Of a DNA stretch of 64,000 nt, positions 12,941 to 26,000 are shown piece after piece. Where the stretch lies: the NCBI GenBank assembly GCA_009914755.4, contig CP068257.2, positions 19,168,001-19,232,000 of the forward strand, read 5' to 3'. The notes beneath the pieces were generated by a model, which searched no databases, had not been told where the DNA came from, and saw only the letters and a list, made by a program, of their open reading frames with translations. The first letter of the stretch is position 1. Each line of letters begins with the position of its first letter. A program made the position numbers and the translations under genes. Origin of the DNA: the human T2T-CHM13v2.0 reference genome, Homo sapiens.

Positions 12941-15435
12941 TAGTTAAATGGATTTTTCTTATTTAATTTTCATAGGAAATTATGATATAGATACATTCTC
13001 TTATTAACCCCTTTTTCCTGATTAGGATATATGGTTAGTTTGGGTAATTAAATTGTTTAAGTTCACATAGACACTAAAGTAAGACAGGGAACACAACCAG
13101 TATAGCCAAAATCAATGGGCTTTTTGCCCCTTTTCAGCCTTTACTTGCAAAGATCTGGGAGAGAAGACTGGGGCCTGGGGACCTTTCAGATACAAACAAA
13201 GATTTGCAAGTGAAACACTTGAGGGAAATAGAATCCACGTCATCTAGAACCTAAGCACAATTTCCCCCTCACCCAATCACACCCTGTTTCTTACCACTAC
13301 ATTTAACCCTTGTCTGAGGAGCATCCCAAATGGGGAGGAAGCAGATATTGATATTTGTCAGAAGTGGGCTAAGAACAGATTCCCCCTCTCCTGAGTTTTG
13401 GGAGGCTTTTTTAAGCCTCTCATCAATCATGTTCACACACATTCAAAGTCTGATCAAATCGAAGCGTAAACAGGAGATTTGTTTCCAGGCCAAGAAGAAA
13501 GCACGGGAAAAGCATAAAGATATTTCTCACCCTCTGAATAACATGTATGTTTTGAATACTCTATTCCACTACCATCTGAATAGAGAGCCCTCTCTGGAAA
13601 GACTAACAGCTCAGAGACTGTCCACTCTGAATGTACTGGCCACACAGACATGCTTAGAACATAAACTGACAGTCAGACTTGTCTCAGGAAGAGTAACCTT
13701 TCTGAAGGATGGTTCTCTCTAGATATTCTGAATGTCCTAATTCTAATGCATACACATTGAAAACTCATACACTCCAGTATAGCCATCTCGGATCATGAAC
13801 ATCTCTGGCACATTGACTTCTTCCTCAATCCCAGCCATCTCCATGATGGTGTGAATGGAGGAAATCTTTACCTAATCCTCATGGGTAACTTATGAATGTT
13901 GAAAAAAGTTAGCAGCCCTACTTAGGAGAAGAATAACATAGGATTACAAAGTTTGGTCCACTTACAAAGTCTCATACTACTTCATCAGCTGCAGTTTTGG
14001 GTTATTTACATGTTTTGCTGTCCAAAAAAGCATAGAAACTGGCTATGATAAACTAGACTGACCAAATCATACAGATATGTGCACATTGAATCTCTTGCAC
14101 ATATTTCATATTTTATGTGGATTCAGCTTACACCCTAAAAATAAAAAAATTAAGATTAAGATCTCTACTTTAGATGTTTACTTGATTTTTTTTTGTTCAA
14201 TACCTCTTAATATTTAGCTCATTCTTTTATATGGATATTAATTTTTCACCTTTTCTTTTTAATACAGATACAAATTTTGGCTACTGACAGATATATGTAG
14301 TCAATCTGTCCCATCAGAAGAGATATTTTAACATAATTCTTCCAGGATATTAGTTCAGTGAAAACTCACAGGGTCCCTTTTTTTTTTTTTTTAGATTTTT
14401 AAATGACACATTTGACCTAAAAAAAAGATTTTCTTTATATAGAGTTTTTAAAACACATATAATTTTACAATAATGTCATTTCTAAATATATATCTAGAAC
14501 ACTTAGTCATCCGATGTACAGTTAATATAGCTCTCTCACATGGATCTTAGAAAGAACTGAAATTGTACGGATTTGCCTAATCTTAAAAATACTCACTGGG
14601 TAGCTTTGAGATATGTATAATATCTCAGCTCAAACTTTTACAAGCTCTAAATCTTTAATAGGATTCTTAAACCTACCCTCTTAAATATACAAATTTATTG
14701 AGGATACATTTATCTAAAATAAGACAGTAGTTCTTTAAGGTTAAAATATTAATTATGTAAAAATTAAGCCTCATTTGAGAACAAATTTGAAAAGTTTACA
14801 GTAAAAGTTCAAAACCATGTCTTCTCTCTTGTAATGTCTCTCAGAAGGTGAAAGAAATCTCAGAGGCTTTGACTGGATGATGTTCAGTGCATGTGAAAAA
14901 TGGAAAAACAGAGAGTGTCATTGCCCCTGAAGAAACTCCACTTTTTTTTTCCTGGTATTCAAAATCAAGAACCGAAGCTGCACAAATACAGGTATAGCTT
15001 TCAGTTCATCAGAGTAATGATTTTCTCTGAACTTTGCAATGGGGATTTTGCCAAACAAAAATGAGTCAAGGGAAGTTTTATTTTAAAAAGTTTAGAAAAA
15101 AAAGATAGTGCAAGTAATCACAAGACATTACTTTGGGTTGCTTTGCAAAAGACCAACAAATCTGTGAAAAGTATTCCTTTGAAACTCTATTTTCTCTTGA
15201 TTACAAAGAGAATTTATATATTACAGTAATATTACCACCCAACCTCTGACTTTCCCCAATTTTTCTTTCCAGCCAAATATTTCTCAAATATTTCTACTTA
15301 TTTTATTCCTCCATGTTCTCATTCACAATGTTCCTTCTGCCTGAAATACTAATCTCCTAAAAACCTCTCCTTCCTTTTGTCTCTGTCATTTTTTATTTAG
15401 TGTCTTGTCCTCCTACCCTAGCCTTTTTAGGAACT

Positions 15436-16350
15436 TTTTAATCTTATGAATACAAAATAGTTGTACATATTTAGGGAGTACATGTGATATATTGATACAA
15501 GCACGCAATGTGTAATGATAAAACCAGGGTAATTGGGATGTCCATAATCTCAAGAACTTATCATTTCTTTGTGTTTAGAATATTGCGATTCTATTATTTT
15601 TACCATTCTGAAATACATAATAAGTTATTGTTAGCTATAGTCATTCTATTGTGCTACTGAACACTGGATCTTATTTCTTCTAACAGTATTTTTGTACCCA
15701 TTGACCAACCGCTCTTTATCCTCCCTTTTCCAGTACCTTTCCCAGCCTCTGGTAGCCATCATTTTATTCTCTGTCTCCATGAGTTTGATTTAGTTTTTAG
15801 CTCCCACATATGAGTGAGAACACGTAATATCTGTCTTCCTGTGCCTGGAGTATTTCACTTAACATGTCTTTCAGTTCTATTAATGTTGCTGCAAATGGCA
15901 GGATTTTCTTTTCTACAGCTAAAAGATATTTCACTGTGGATATGTACCACATTTTCTTTATCCTTTTGTCTGTTGATGGACACTTAGGTTGATTCCAAAT
16001 CTTGGTTATTTGAATAGTGCTGCAGTAAACATGGAAGTGCAGATATCTCTTTGATACACTGGTTTCCTTTTTTCTTGATATACACCCAGTGGTGAAATTG
16101 CTGGATCATATGGTAGTTCTGCTTTTAGATTTTGAGGAACCTCCATACTGTTCACCATAGTGGCCGTAATAATTTACATTCCCACCAACAGTCTATGAGG
16201 GCTTTGCTTTCCCACATCCTCACCAGCATACATTATTGAATGTCTTTTGGATAAATCCCATTTTAAAAGGGATAAGTTGATATCTCATTGCAGTTTTTAT
16301 TTGCATTTCTCAGATTGTTAGTGCTATTGAGCATTTGTGCACATACCTGG
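15436..16350 (-). mobile_element. L1 3' end fragment (older L1PB/L1MA-like)
   Basis: aatagttgtacatatttagggagtacatgtgatatattgatacaagcacgcaatgtgtaatgataaaaccagggtaattgggatgtccataatctcaagaacttatcatttctttgtg matches the antisense 3' UTR of older L1 families. ORF2-antisense blocks follow (ttccaaatcttggttatttgaatagtgctgcagtaaacatg..., acattcccaccaacagtc). Confidence 0.85.
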
Positions 16351-18665
16351 CCTCTTGGAAAGCGTATGCTTACATGTCCTAATGACTCCCTTAATTATGA
16401 TTACACTTGTAAACCGTAACTCTCCATGTTGCATTTTCTATACTCTTTTACAATCTACATTCCCAATTTAAGCTTTTAGTATTTATTTAAACACGTTTTT
16501 ATGTTATTCTAGGACGGGGAATATTTTACGTATCTTTATACTCCCACCCAATGCCCGTTCCCACTGTAACCCCAAACATACAGTGCACATATTCAACATT
16601 TAGTAAATATTTGTTTCCATTTACAGACTAAATGACAGTTCCTTTTTATTGTCTTTTTTCCTGTGCTGTTTTCTTTACCTTTCTCTCGTTCCATCACAGT
16701 AATTAATATTTTTTAATATAAATGCCATATTGAAGCAATGCAAATAACTTTGGGCTCTAAGAAGCAAGAGTCCTAATTATTAATGTGAAAGTTTCATAAG
16801 CAGGAAGTGACAGGAGTACATTCCCCTTATCAAACAGGGCTGGGATTACAACCAGCAGTTTCCAGCTCATCTTGTTCACATTTGCATTTTCATTACATGA
16901 CTCTGGAAATCTGGTAAGAATAAGTTATTATTCATTTCTTTCCCTTCATTCGTATGTTCACTCAATACGGTTATGCATGCATCTCTATTAAGCTTTGCAT
17001 TTGAAACCAACTGTCCCCTGTAAAAGCTCAAGTGGACAGACATTCCCCCAACAAATACATTTTATGAAAAGATCAATGTCCTATTATGCTCTACAGAGAA
17101 GAAATATCTAAGCACATTCTCGTTTTTAACAAGCAGTGGGAAAATTACAAACTAAATCAATATGTCCAACAGAATGCCTGCTCATTTACCACTGACTCAG
17201 GCTATTCCTGGAGATTCTTCTGCAGCTGTCTTTTTTCTACATTTTGTTTTCGGAACTGACACATGGAAACTTGAGGACTGAAATACTAAGACTTCAAAGC
17301 TCCCACTCTGTGTGGGCAACATCTTTCACTGGCAGCAGGGATGACACAAACACTTTCATCATTGGGCTGAATAATAAGCCTTCCTCCAGGGGGTAACTCT
17401 ATGGAGAAAGCTCCCTGCACCCATTATGTCAGACTACAATTGAGCAACTTGAGGAATGCTGGCCCACTGGCACATACGATATTTGTATATTTTGCAGGCT
17501 TTTGTCCCAGTGATTATCGTAAGGCTATATTTTGAGGTTAAAAAAATAGTCATTGAAATTTCTGTTCTGGGCATTTAAAAAATACTCTGAGTTCTACAAA
17601 ATGAAATTATTGTTTTGTGCTAAAATATGACTCTTAATTTAGATTTTCCTACAGAGACTATTACAACCATAGAAAAATTAAAACTATTTCTCAAGCCTTT
17701 GAAGCCAAAATATTCAGTTTTTTTCTTTCAAAAGCATCAGTTTGGTGAAAAACCGATTTTTTAAAATCCAAATACAACAACAAAAAGCATGCACCACTGC
17801 TCGTAAACATTTATGTTTATATCACAAATGGCAATTAGGGTAATAAGAATTTCTGAGTTGTTATATTGTGTTCACATTTTTGGATTATACAAATATAGGT
17901 ACTGCTTTTAAAGAACTGCATTCAAATATATTATTCACAAAATTTCTCAGTAATGTAGCTTTCTATGGACATGGTAAATGCTTTCATTTAAACATTTTGC
18001 AGTCTATTTGTAACATTACAATCTTTTACGTAAACCTAAGTCTCCAAGGCAATGGTTTCTGCTACCTTCTTGCCACGTAAGCCAATTGCCTGCAAACTCA
18101 TTGTACCTTTGATTCAGGATTGAAATATAACCTTGAATTGCAAGACACAGTCAATCTCCCTGTGGCAGGTAGAGGCTTAGCCCTTGTTACACAAGTCTAC
18201 CTAAAAAGCTCCCTTACAGATTCATTACTTGAATTATTTTTTTTTAATATGAAAGAAAATCACAAATGGTTCTGGAAGTTCTGTGGCTTGTCTTCCGCAG
18301 CAAATACAAAGCTTTTCTAAGACTACCAAGAGATGAGAAGAGTGCCTGTAATTCTAGTATTATGTAAACATTTGATATGCTAAGGAATTTCCATTTAAAA
18401 AACCATAGAACCATTTAAACACCCTATCAAATTGGAAAACCTTTTGGAAACAGTTACTACAGAAAAATAATGCATGGAAGTGAAGTCACTCACCACCTAG
18501 AATGAATAAATTAGTATTTATGTAAAGATGTGATGTAAAATACAAAGTTAAAAAATAATAATTCACGTATTTTGGCTGTTGGATCTGAGTTAAATGTGAC
18601 ATAACTGGGATTGAATTAATGCAGAGAATGAGTTTGTGGTTGCCATAAGCAGTAGTAACAGTAAT

Positions 18666-18760
18666 CTTTTTTTTTTTTTTTGAGAAAGGTCTTTCTCTGT
18701 CTCCCAGGCTGGAGTACAGTGGCACAATCACAGCTCACTGCAGCTTCAACCCTGCCTGGT
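18666..18760 (-). mobile_element. 5'-truncated Alu (3' about 80 bp plus poly-A, seen as poly-T)
   Basis: tttttttttttttttgagaaaggtctttctctgtctcccaggctggagtacagtggcacaatcacagctcactgcagcttcaac. Confidence 0.8.
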
Positions 18761-19334
18761 AGCTGCCAAGGGTAAACTTCCCTTTTACCTCCTGAATTTT
18801 TGCGAAAAATCAATTCACAAAGGCAGAATAATAGAAGAAAAGGCATTCAAATGTATTAGCATGCCTGGGGGTGGGTGTGGGAGGGAATTACAGAGTGATT
18901 TTCCCACCATGCAATAGGAAACCAATGGTTATATAGCCTCCTTCTTAGAGAATAAGAGATGGAGAAGTACGGATGATTTTAGGGGGTAGTAAATAATTTT
19001 CAGGGGAATTCAATGGGCTTAAACAACATACAGTGATGTGGGATAAAGTCTGTTGAGCTCCTGGGCAGACAACGGTTTGTAACAAAAGTCTGTCTGGATG
19101 TGTTGACAGACTTGAGTCTTTCTTCCCACCGTATGATTTCGGTTAATGAAAATTCAGGGAAGAGACCAGAGGTAATTGTTTTCTTATTTAGTAAGTCCAA
19201 ATTTTAGGCAGATAAGGGAACTTCAGATAACAATTTGATCCTGTGATTTGGGAGACACAGAAGATTGAGAGCCAGGAAGTGTGTTGTGGGCAGAGAGATA
19301 CTGAATCTTTTTCTGTTGAGCATGTCAAATAACC

Positions 19335-19680
19335 CCATTTTGGGGTATCGGTTTTTGAACCCTAACACTAAAAATGGAAACTTATTTGAAAATAGGGTCT
19401 TTGCTTTCCTCTTCAGATATGATTAGTTAAAGATCTCAAGATGATATCATACTGGATTTAGGTTTATCCCTAAAGTCAAAGTTGCTGTCAACCACCAGAT
19501 GCCAGGAGAGAGAGAGGCTTGGAATGGTTTCTCCCTCAGAGACTCCAGAAGGAACCAACCTTGCCAACAATTTACTTTCAGACTTCCAGCCTTCTGAACT
19601 GTGAGAAAACGCATTTCCTTTTTCTTAAGCGATCTAGTTTGTGGTAATGTTTTGATGGAAGCCCTAGGAAACTAATACAG
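19335..19680 (+). mobile_element. MaLR LTR (MLT1-type), 3' portion
   Basis: Ends ...gacttccagccttctgaactgtgagaaaacgcatttcc..ttaagc.atctagtttgtggtaatgttttgatggaagccctaggaaactaatacag, the characteristic MaLR LTR 3' terminus (compare ...cctccagaactgtgagaaaataaatttctgttgtttaagccacccagtctgtggtattttgttatggcagccctagcaaactaatac). Confidence 0.6.
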
Positions 19681-19711
19681 CATGTAAGTAAGGTGAAAGT
19701 TAGTAAGAACT

Positions 19712-20076
19712 ATATTAGTCGGTTCTCATGCTGCTATAAAGAACTGCCCAAGGCTGGGTAATTTATAAAGAAAAGATGTTTAATTGGTTCACAGTTCCAC
19801 ATTGCTAGGGAGGCCTCAGGAAACTTACAGTCATGGACGAAGGCATAGGAGAAGCAGGCACCTTCTTCACAGGGTAGCAGAATGGAGTGGGTGTCGAAGG
19901 AAGGGGAAAGCCCCTTATAAAATCATCACATCTCTTGACAACTCACTCACTATCACAAGAACAGCATGGGGGATTCTGATAATTCTGATACAGTTATCTC
20001 CACCTGGTCCTGCCCTTGACACTCAGGGATTACTGGAACTACAATTCAAGATGAAATTTGGGTGGGGACACAGCCT
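19712..20076 (-). mobile_element. MaLR LTR, THE1/MST family (copy 1 of 3 in cluster)
   Basis: tattagtcggttctcatgctgctataaagaactgcccaaggctgggtaatttataaagaaaag...caagatgaaatttgggtggggacacagcc is the reverse complement of THE1/MST LTR (consensus TGATATGGTTTGGCTGTGTCCCCACCCAAATCTCATCTTGAATTGTAG....CCCGAGACTGGGTAATTTATAAAG...GAGAACGGACTAATACA). Confidence 0.75.
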
Positions 20077-20642
20077 AGGTCCCCCGAGGGACCTAGGTAA
20101 TTATAATTAAAGAACCTAGGTAATTATAAAGAAATAAAGTTAAATATTACAAAAATAGAGCTGTTTATAATGAACATCAAAATCTGTGATTTAATAAGGC
20201 AGTAATGTTTTATTTGTGTTTATTTTATATTTTTAAGTATTCAACGCTAGGAGTATATTTCTTAATTAAGGTTTTTAAGTGCAAGAACTATATGTTATTC
20301 CAAGCATAAACTATGATGTTTGTTGATATATTTTCATAGGTTCATAGAATTTTTGAGTAGTAAGGCACTTTTTAGTTATCTCTCCTGAACTCTTAATTTT
20401 GGAGAAAGTTCTGTGACTTATTTCAAAATTACACATCTAGACAGAGTACCTGGTTATGAATCCTTACCCTCAATTTCCAGTACCATAACCACATCATCAA
20501 TTAAAATAAGCCTGAAAAATTATTAAATTCTAGTTAGTAGGTAATAACTCTGGTTCTGGTTGTAGTTATATACTAGGAAACAGCATTTGATTTTTTACTT
20601 TGGGAAAAATAAGGTTCATTGGATATTTTTAAATTTCAGTGT

Positions 20643-21457
<815 letters not shown>

Positions 21458-21721
21458 CATTTTCCACATTTTTTTAGAACTGTTGAGACTATTATGTTAG
21501 TTTGCCTGCTCAGTGGCCCCTTAATCAAAGAGTCTTAGGCAGAGTAAAGAAAGATCAGGAGGTAGTAAAATTACAGGCACAACAACAGATTTGATGGCTA
21601 CCAATGAGCATAAAGTCTGAACTACACTAGATGTTTTTGCAACCTGATAGACAGTAGTCTGAAGAGGCACAACATCTCAGTTCTACAGACAAAACACTAT
21701 GGACATTACCCAGGTTTCCAA

Positions 21722-22090
21722 TATCACTCTGTATAAGTCTGTTCTCATGCTGCTGATAGAGACATACCCGAGACTGGGTAATTTATAATGAAAAAAAGGT
21801 TTAATGTGCTCACAGTTCCATGTGGCTGGGGAGGCCTCACAATCATGGTGGAAGGAGAAAGGCATGTCTTATGTGGCAGCAGGCAAGAGAGAATGAGAAT
21901 AAAGAGAAACGGTTTCCCCTTATAAAACCATTAGATCTCATGAGACTTATTCACTACCACGAGAACAGTATGGAGGAAACCTCCCCCATGATTCAATTGT
22001 ATTTCACTGGGTCCCACCAACAACACATGGGAATTCTGGGAGCTACAATTCAAGATGAGATTTGGGTGGGAACACAGCCAAACCATATCA
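21722..22090 (-). mobile_element. MaLR LTR, THE1B-like (copy 3; closest of the three to the THE1 consensus)
   Basis: tataagtctgttctcatgctgctgatagagacatacccgagactgggtaatttataatgaaaaaaaggtttaatg...gggaattctgggagctacaattcaagatgagatttgggtgggaacacagccaaaccatatca. Confidence 0.8.
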
Positions 22091-22324
22091 CACTCAAATT
22101 GAAAACATGTATATATCAGTTTTCTAGAGAATTATTTTTTGTAATGGCTATGCAAAATACACTCTGCTAATTAAGTTTAAATAGGCCCAACCAAATGTGA
22201 TTCTGCCCTCCTTCCTCAACCCCATCAGTAAAGAGAAGGAAAGATATTGATGGTCTTCACTGATATGTAATTTTTATGTATTTTTATCTACGAGAATATG
22301 CATTCTTTTTGTAGTAATTCTTTT

Positions 22325-23077
22325 TTGTTGTTATTTAGTTTTTATTTTATAATCATAAACTTAACTCTACAATCCAGCTAGGCATGAAAGGGAACAAGGA
22401 AAACATGGAACCCAAAGGGAACTGCAGCAAGAGCACAAAGATGATGGGATACTGTGAGCAAGTGGGGTAGAGGGGTGCTCTCCTGAGCAACAGAAGGAAT
22501 GGTCTGGTGGTGAAGATAAAACACAAGTCAAACCTATTAGAGTTGTCCACAGTCAGCAATGGTGATCTTCTTGCTGGTCTTGCCATTTGTGGACCCAAAG
22601 CACTCCATGGCTTCCACAATACTCACGCCTTCCTTCCCTTGCCAAAGACCACCTGCATGCCATCCAACCACTCAGACATGGCAGTGCAGATGAAAAACTG
22701 GGAACCATTTGTGTTGGGTCCAGCACATTCTCCACGGACAAGATGCCAGGACCTGTATAATTTAGGACGAAGTTCTCATCATCAAATTTCTTCCCGTAGA
22801 TGGACTTGCCACCAGTGCCATTATGCTGTGTGAAGTCACCACCCTGACACATAAACCCAGGAACAATTCTGTGAAAGTAGGAACCTTTATAACCAAATCC
22901 TTTCTCTCCAATGATTAGAGCACAAAAATTTTCTGCTGTCTTTGGAATCTTGTCTGCAAACAGCTCAAAGGAGACACGTCCCAAGAGCTCACCATCCACG
23001 ATGATGTCTAAGAACCTGGTGGGGTTGACCATGGCTGATAGAACGGGGCTCCTGGCAGCGGTGGCATCTGCAAAGCC
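22325..23077 (-). pseudogene. Processed (retrotransposed) pseudogene of cyclophilin A / peptidyl-prolyl isomerase A (parent gene PPIA). Intronless, carrying 5' UTR, CDS and 3' UTR; disrupted by frameshift(s); flanked by 13-bp TSDs.
   Basis: Minus-strand ORF 22553-23032 reads [99 protein letters not shown]... against [103 protein letters not shown]. After that the frame is lost, but an alternate frame still reads ...[32 protein letters not shown] (PPIA C-terminus). The 3' UTR matches the PPIA 3' UTR (tagctggattgtagagttaagtttatgattataaaataaaaactaaataacaac + A-remnant). The 5' UTR reads gctttgcagatgccaccgctgcc....tatcagccATG. The direct repeat TAGTAATTCTTTT occurs at 22312-22324 and 23079-23091. 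Confidence 0.92.
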
Positions 23078-26000
23078 ATAGTAATTCTTTTAATTTGTTG
23101 GCAATAATTAAGTAAAGTTAAATTTGGCATTACTTATGTTTTATATGAGAAAACAGAAGCAAAGTTAGGAAGGTCATTTACGTTATTTTTTTGAGATTTT
23201 CTAGTCACCATATTTATGGATTGTTTTGCTGTTAATTCAGTCTAAAATACGCTTTGTAGCTTTTTTATTCACCATATTATATGGAAAGTACATTGACTAC
23301 TGTTTCAAATTAATCACTAAGATTTTAGAAAACAGATTGTTGTATGAACAATATTCACATTTAATATTTTACATAAGCCTCATTTTGTCTAAAAGCTGAT
23401 AAGTAGGAAAGTTATAATTAGAACATTACAAAATACTATCTTAAAATTCAGGTTGAGCTGTCCTTTGAATTCATCTCCACAATATCTGCATACATTCATT
23501 AACTTCAGATGTAATTGGAAGGCACATAATTAATGCAATGGTTCTGAATGTTTATCAAATTACCACCAATCATCACGGTTTCTTGATGATGCTCGGCAAC
23601 AGGGTGCATGGACATCAGTAAAATTCTAATTATGAATTACTAATTGTAATGACTCCACCAGGCCTAAAATACAGCATCACTGTTTAAATTAAATTAAGTT
23701 AGTTTTATTGACTTCATTATTGAAGGATGAGCTGTTTCAAGCAGTAAAATTTTGAACTGACATTTTAAATGATTTCTACTGTTATAATGAATGTCAATTC
23801 TTCTCAAAGAGGGTACAACAAACAGAAAGATGCTGAGGATAATAGGTCACACGAATTAACACATGCTTGCTTATCAGATGCCAGGAAGAGAAAGGAGTGT
23901 TAAAATATATTCACCCATTTTTATTTCAGCTGTTCATTTTAAAAAGAAGAAGCATAAAAATATAGAAGCAATGACCTACCATGAATTTCTAGACAAACCT
24001 TGTTTACATTCCATGAATGTAAATATACATAACATTTATTAAAACAGCAACAAAGACTACCACCCATTCTGTATTGTTTTCGCGTACAGCACTGTTATGC
24101 TGAGTCTGCATCTCTCCAAGTTTGAATTCCTCTGCTCTCCATCAGCGAAGCGATCATTCTCTAGTAAGTCTTTTCATATTATAAACTCTAGAAGAGTAAT
24201 CTTTTAATCAATTAAATTATGAATTTAAGGAACAACTCAAAATTAATTAATTTCAGACCCCATCATATTGAAACTTGCCTCAGAAACACAGGCAAACCCA
24301 AATTGTTTCCAACTTCAAACTATTACTTTTAGTTGGAAACACATGTTAATTGTTTAGGTATACCAAAATTAACATCTTAATTATATTTTTCACATTCTTT
24401 CTGACAAGTAGAGTACATGTGCCATAGAAGATACTGCCTGTATTAGCAAATACCTTCTGTCTGATATTCACATACTCAGCTCACTTCAGAGGTGATTTAT
24501 TCATGTGATCTCCAGCTATGAAGCTTTGGGTAAAAATAAGAACAAAACAAACAAACAAGAAATAACTTCAGTACTGATCAGCCTTCGTGGTTTTATTCTT
24601 GGAAGTTTCACCACTGTGAAATTTAAGTAAATATTTTCTAGACCTTGTAAAGTTGAAAAAGGCCTCCTAGTTTATATGAAATATGCCCTCCTTCCTCATC
24701 TAAATAGTTTTCACTTTGCAACAAAGCTACCGTATTTACCGACTGTATGTGTTCTTAGTGGTAAAATCAGTCTAAAAATAACAATGTTTTATCTTTCAGA
24801 TTGAAGTAATCTACCCCTAAAGCTGAACCCATTAGAATTCTGGATCATAATCTTGGTGATTTCTTAAAGCTTCATTGCAAATTTTCCATGGCAGCAATTT
24901 TGACTATAATAAATGCCAGCTGCTATCGTCTTTAAAAGCATAAAATGCTTCAACTTCTCAAACAGCATGTATCTTTTAAAATCTACATTACCCTATTTGC
25001 TAATTTGTTACTTCTCTCTTTTGTTGCATCATATTGAGAGAGGAAGGGAGCTTAAATATTCCAAACACAATTGATATCATCATCCTCTGGCCCTGCTTTT
25101 TCTTTTCTCCTTTGTTCACAGAAGGCAATGGATAAACCCATGTCTATATCACAATTCCAAAGTAGCCAACTCATCATTGACTCTCGTGGTTCTCTCAACA
25201 AGTATCATTCCTTACCAGTCCTTGTGTTGCTAAGCTTCTAGCTATTATTTCTTCTGATTTTTTTTCTTACAAAAGAGGATATAGTGGCATTTATACGAAG
25301 GCTATTTCATGAAAATTTACCTTGGTGCAAGTGATATGAGCTATTAAATCCATCTTTCGGCCAGATATTCCATTCTGCCTTAGAAAGCCCAATACTAATC
25401 CAAGAAAGACATGGAAACATGAAATTCACACTTATTTCTAAGAGTTGTAATTGCTGTGAGTTTTCAGCATATCTTAGCCCATTTGGAAGAATGGGGTTTT
25501 CTTGAGGCTTTCTTGAACCCGGAGAGCTTTCGGAATAGTACTTTCCAAGGAGTCTGAGATATTTCTTTATTTTATTTTAGGATAGCTTTGGTGCTTTCTC
25601 TGAGGGTGGCTTAGGGTAAATGGCATTGAACAAGATGGCCTTAAAATTCCCCTTAGCTTGTCTGAACTTTATACAGGCTTCTTTTTGTCTCTAGGTAACT
25701 GACCTCCCTCTCACTCTGGACCAGGTGGGCTAACCACAGAGGATCCTGACCTTCCTTCCCCCTATCCCTTACAGAACCCAGGTTACACAATCACAGAGCA
25801 AAACATTCCAAGCAAGAGGCCCTAATCACAAACTTAATATATAACTTAATGTACTTGACACACCCCATTGATCAATCTCCCTGCAACATCCTTTGTTACT
25901 TTTCCACTAACTCACCACAACTCTTAAAAACCCTACCATTCTTTGTTACAGAAGAGGTAAGTTCAGACTGAATTATTGCCTCTCTCCCCATTGCAATAGT

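Noticed and set aside
16795-16920. ETS-like motif (aCAGGAAGTGac) about 110 bp upstream of a GTAAGA splice-donor-like site, considered as a possible promoter and first exon
   Set aside because: There is no CpG island, TATA box or initiator context, and no supporting conservation that I can assess. Both motifs are short and expected by chance many times in 64 kb.
22507-22833. 108-aa plus-strand ORF overlapping the PPIA pseudogene
   Set aside because: It is antisense to the PPIA-derived sequence and a chance frame. The real signal is the minus-strand cyclophilin homology.
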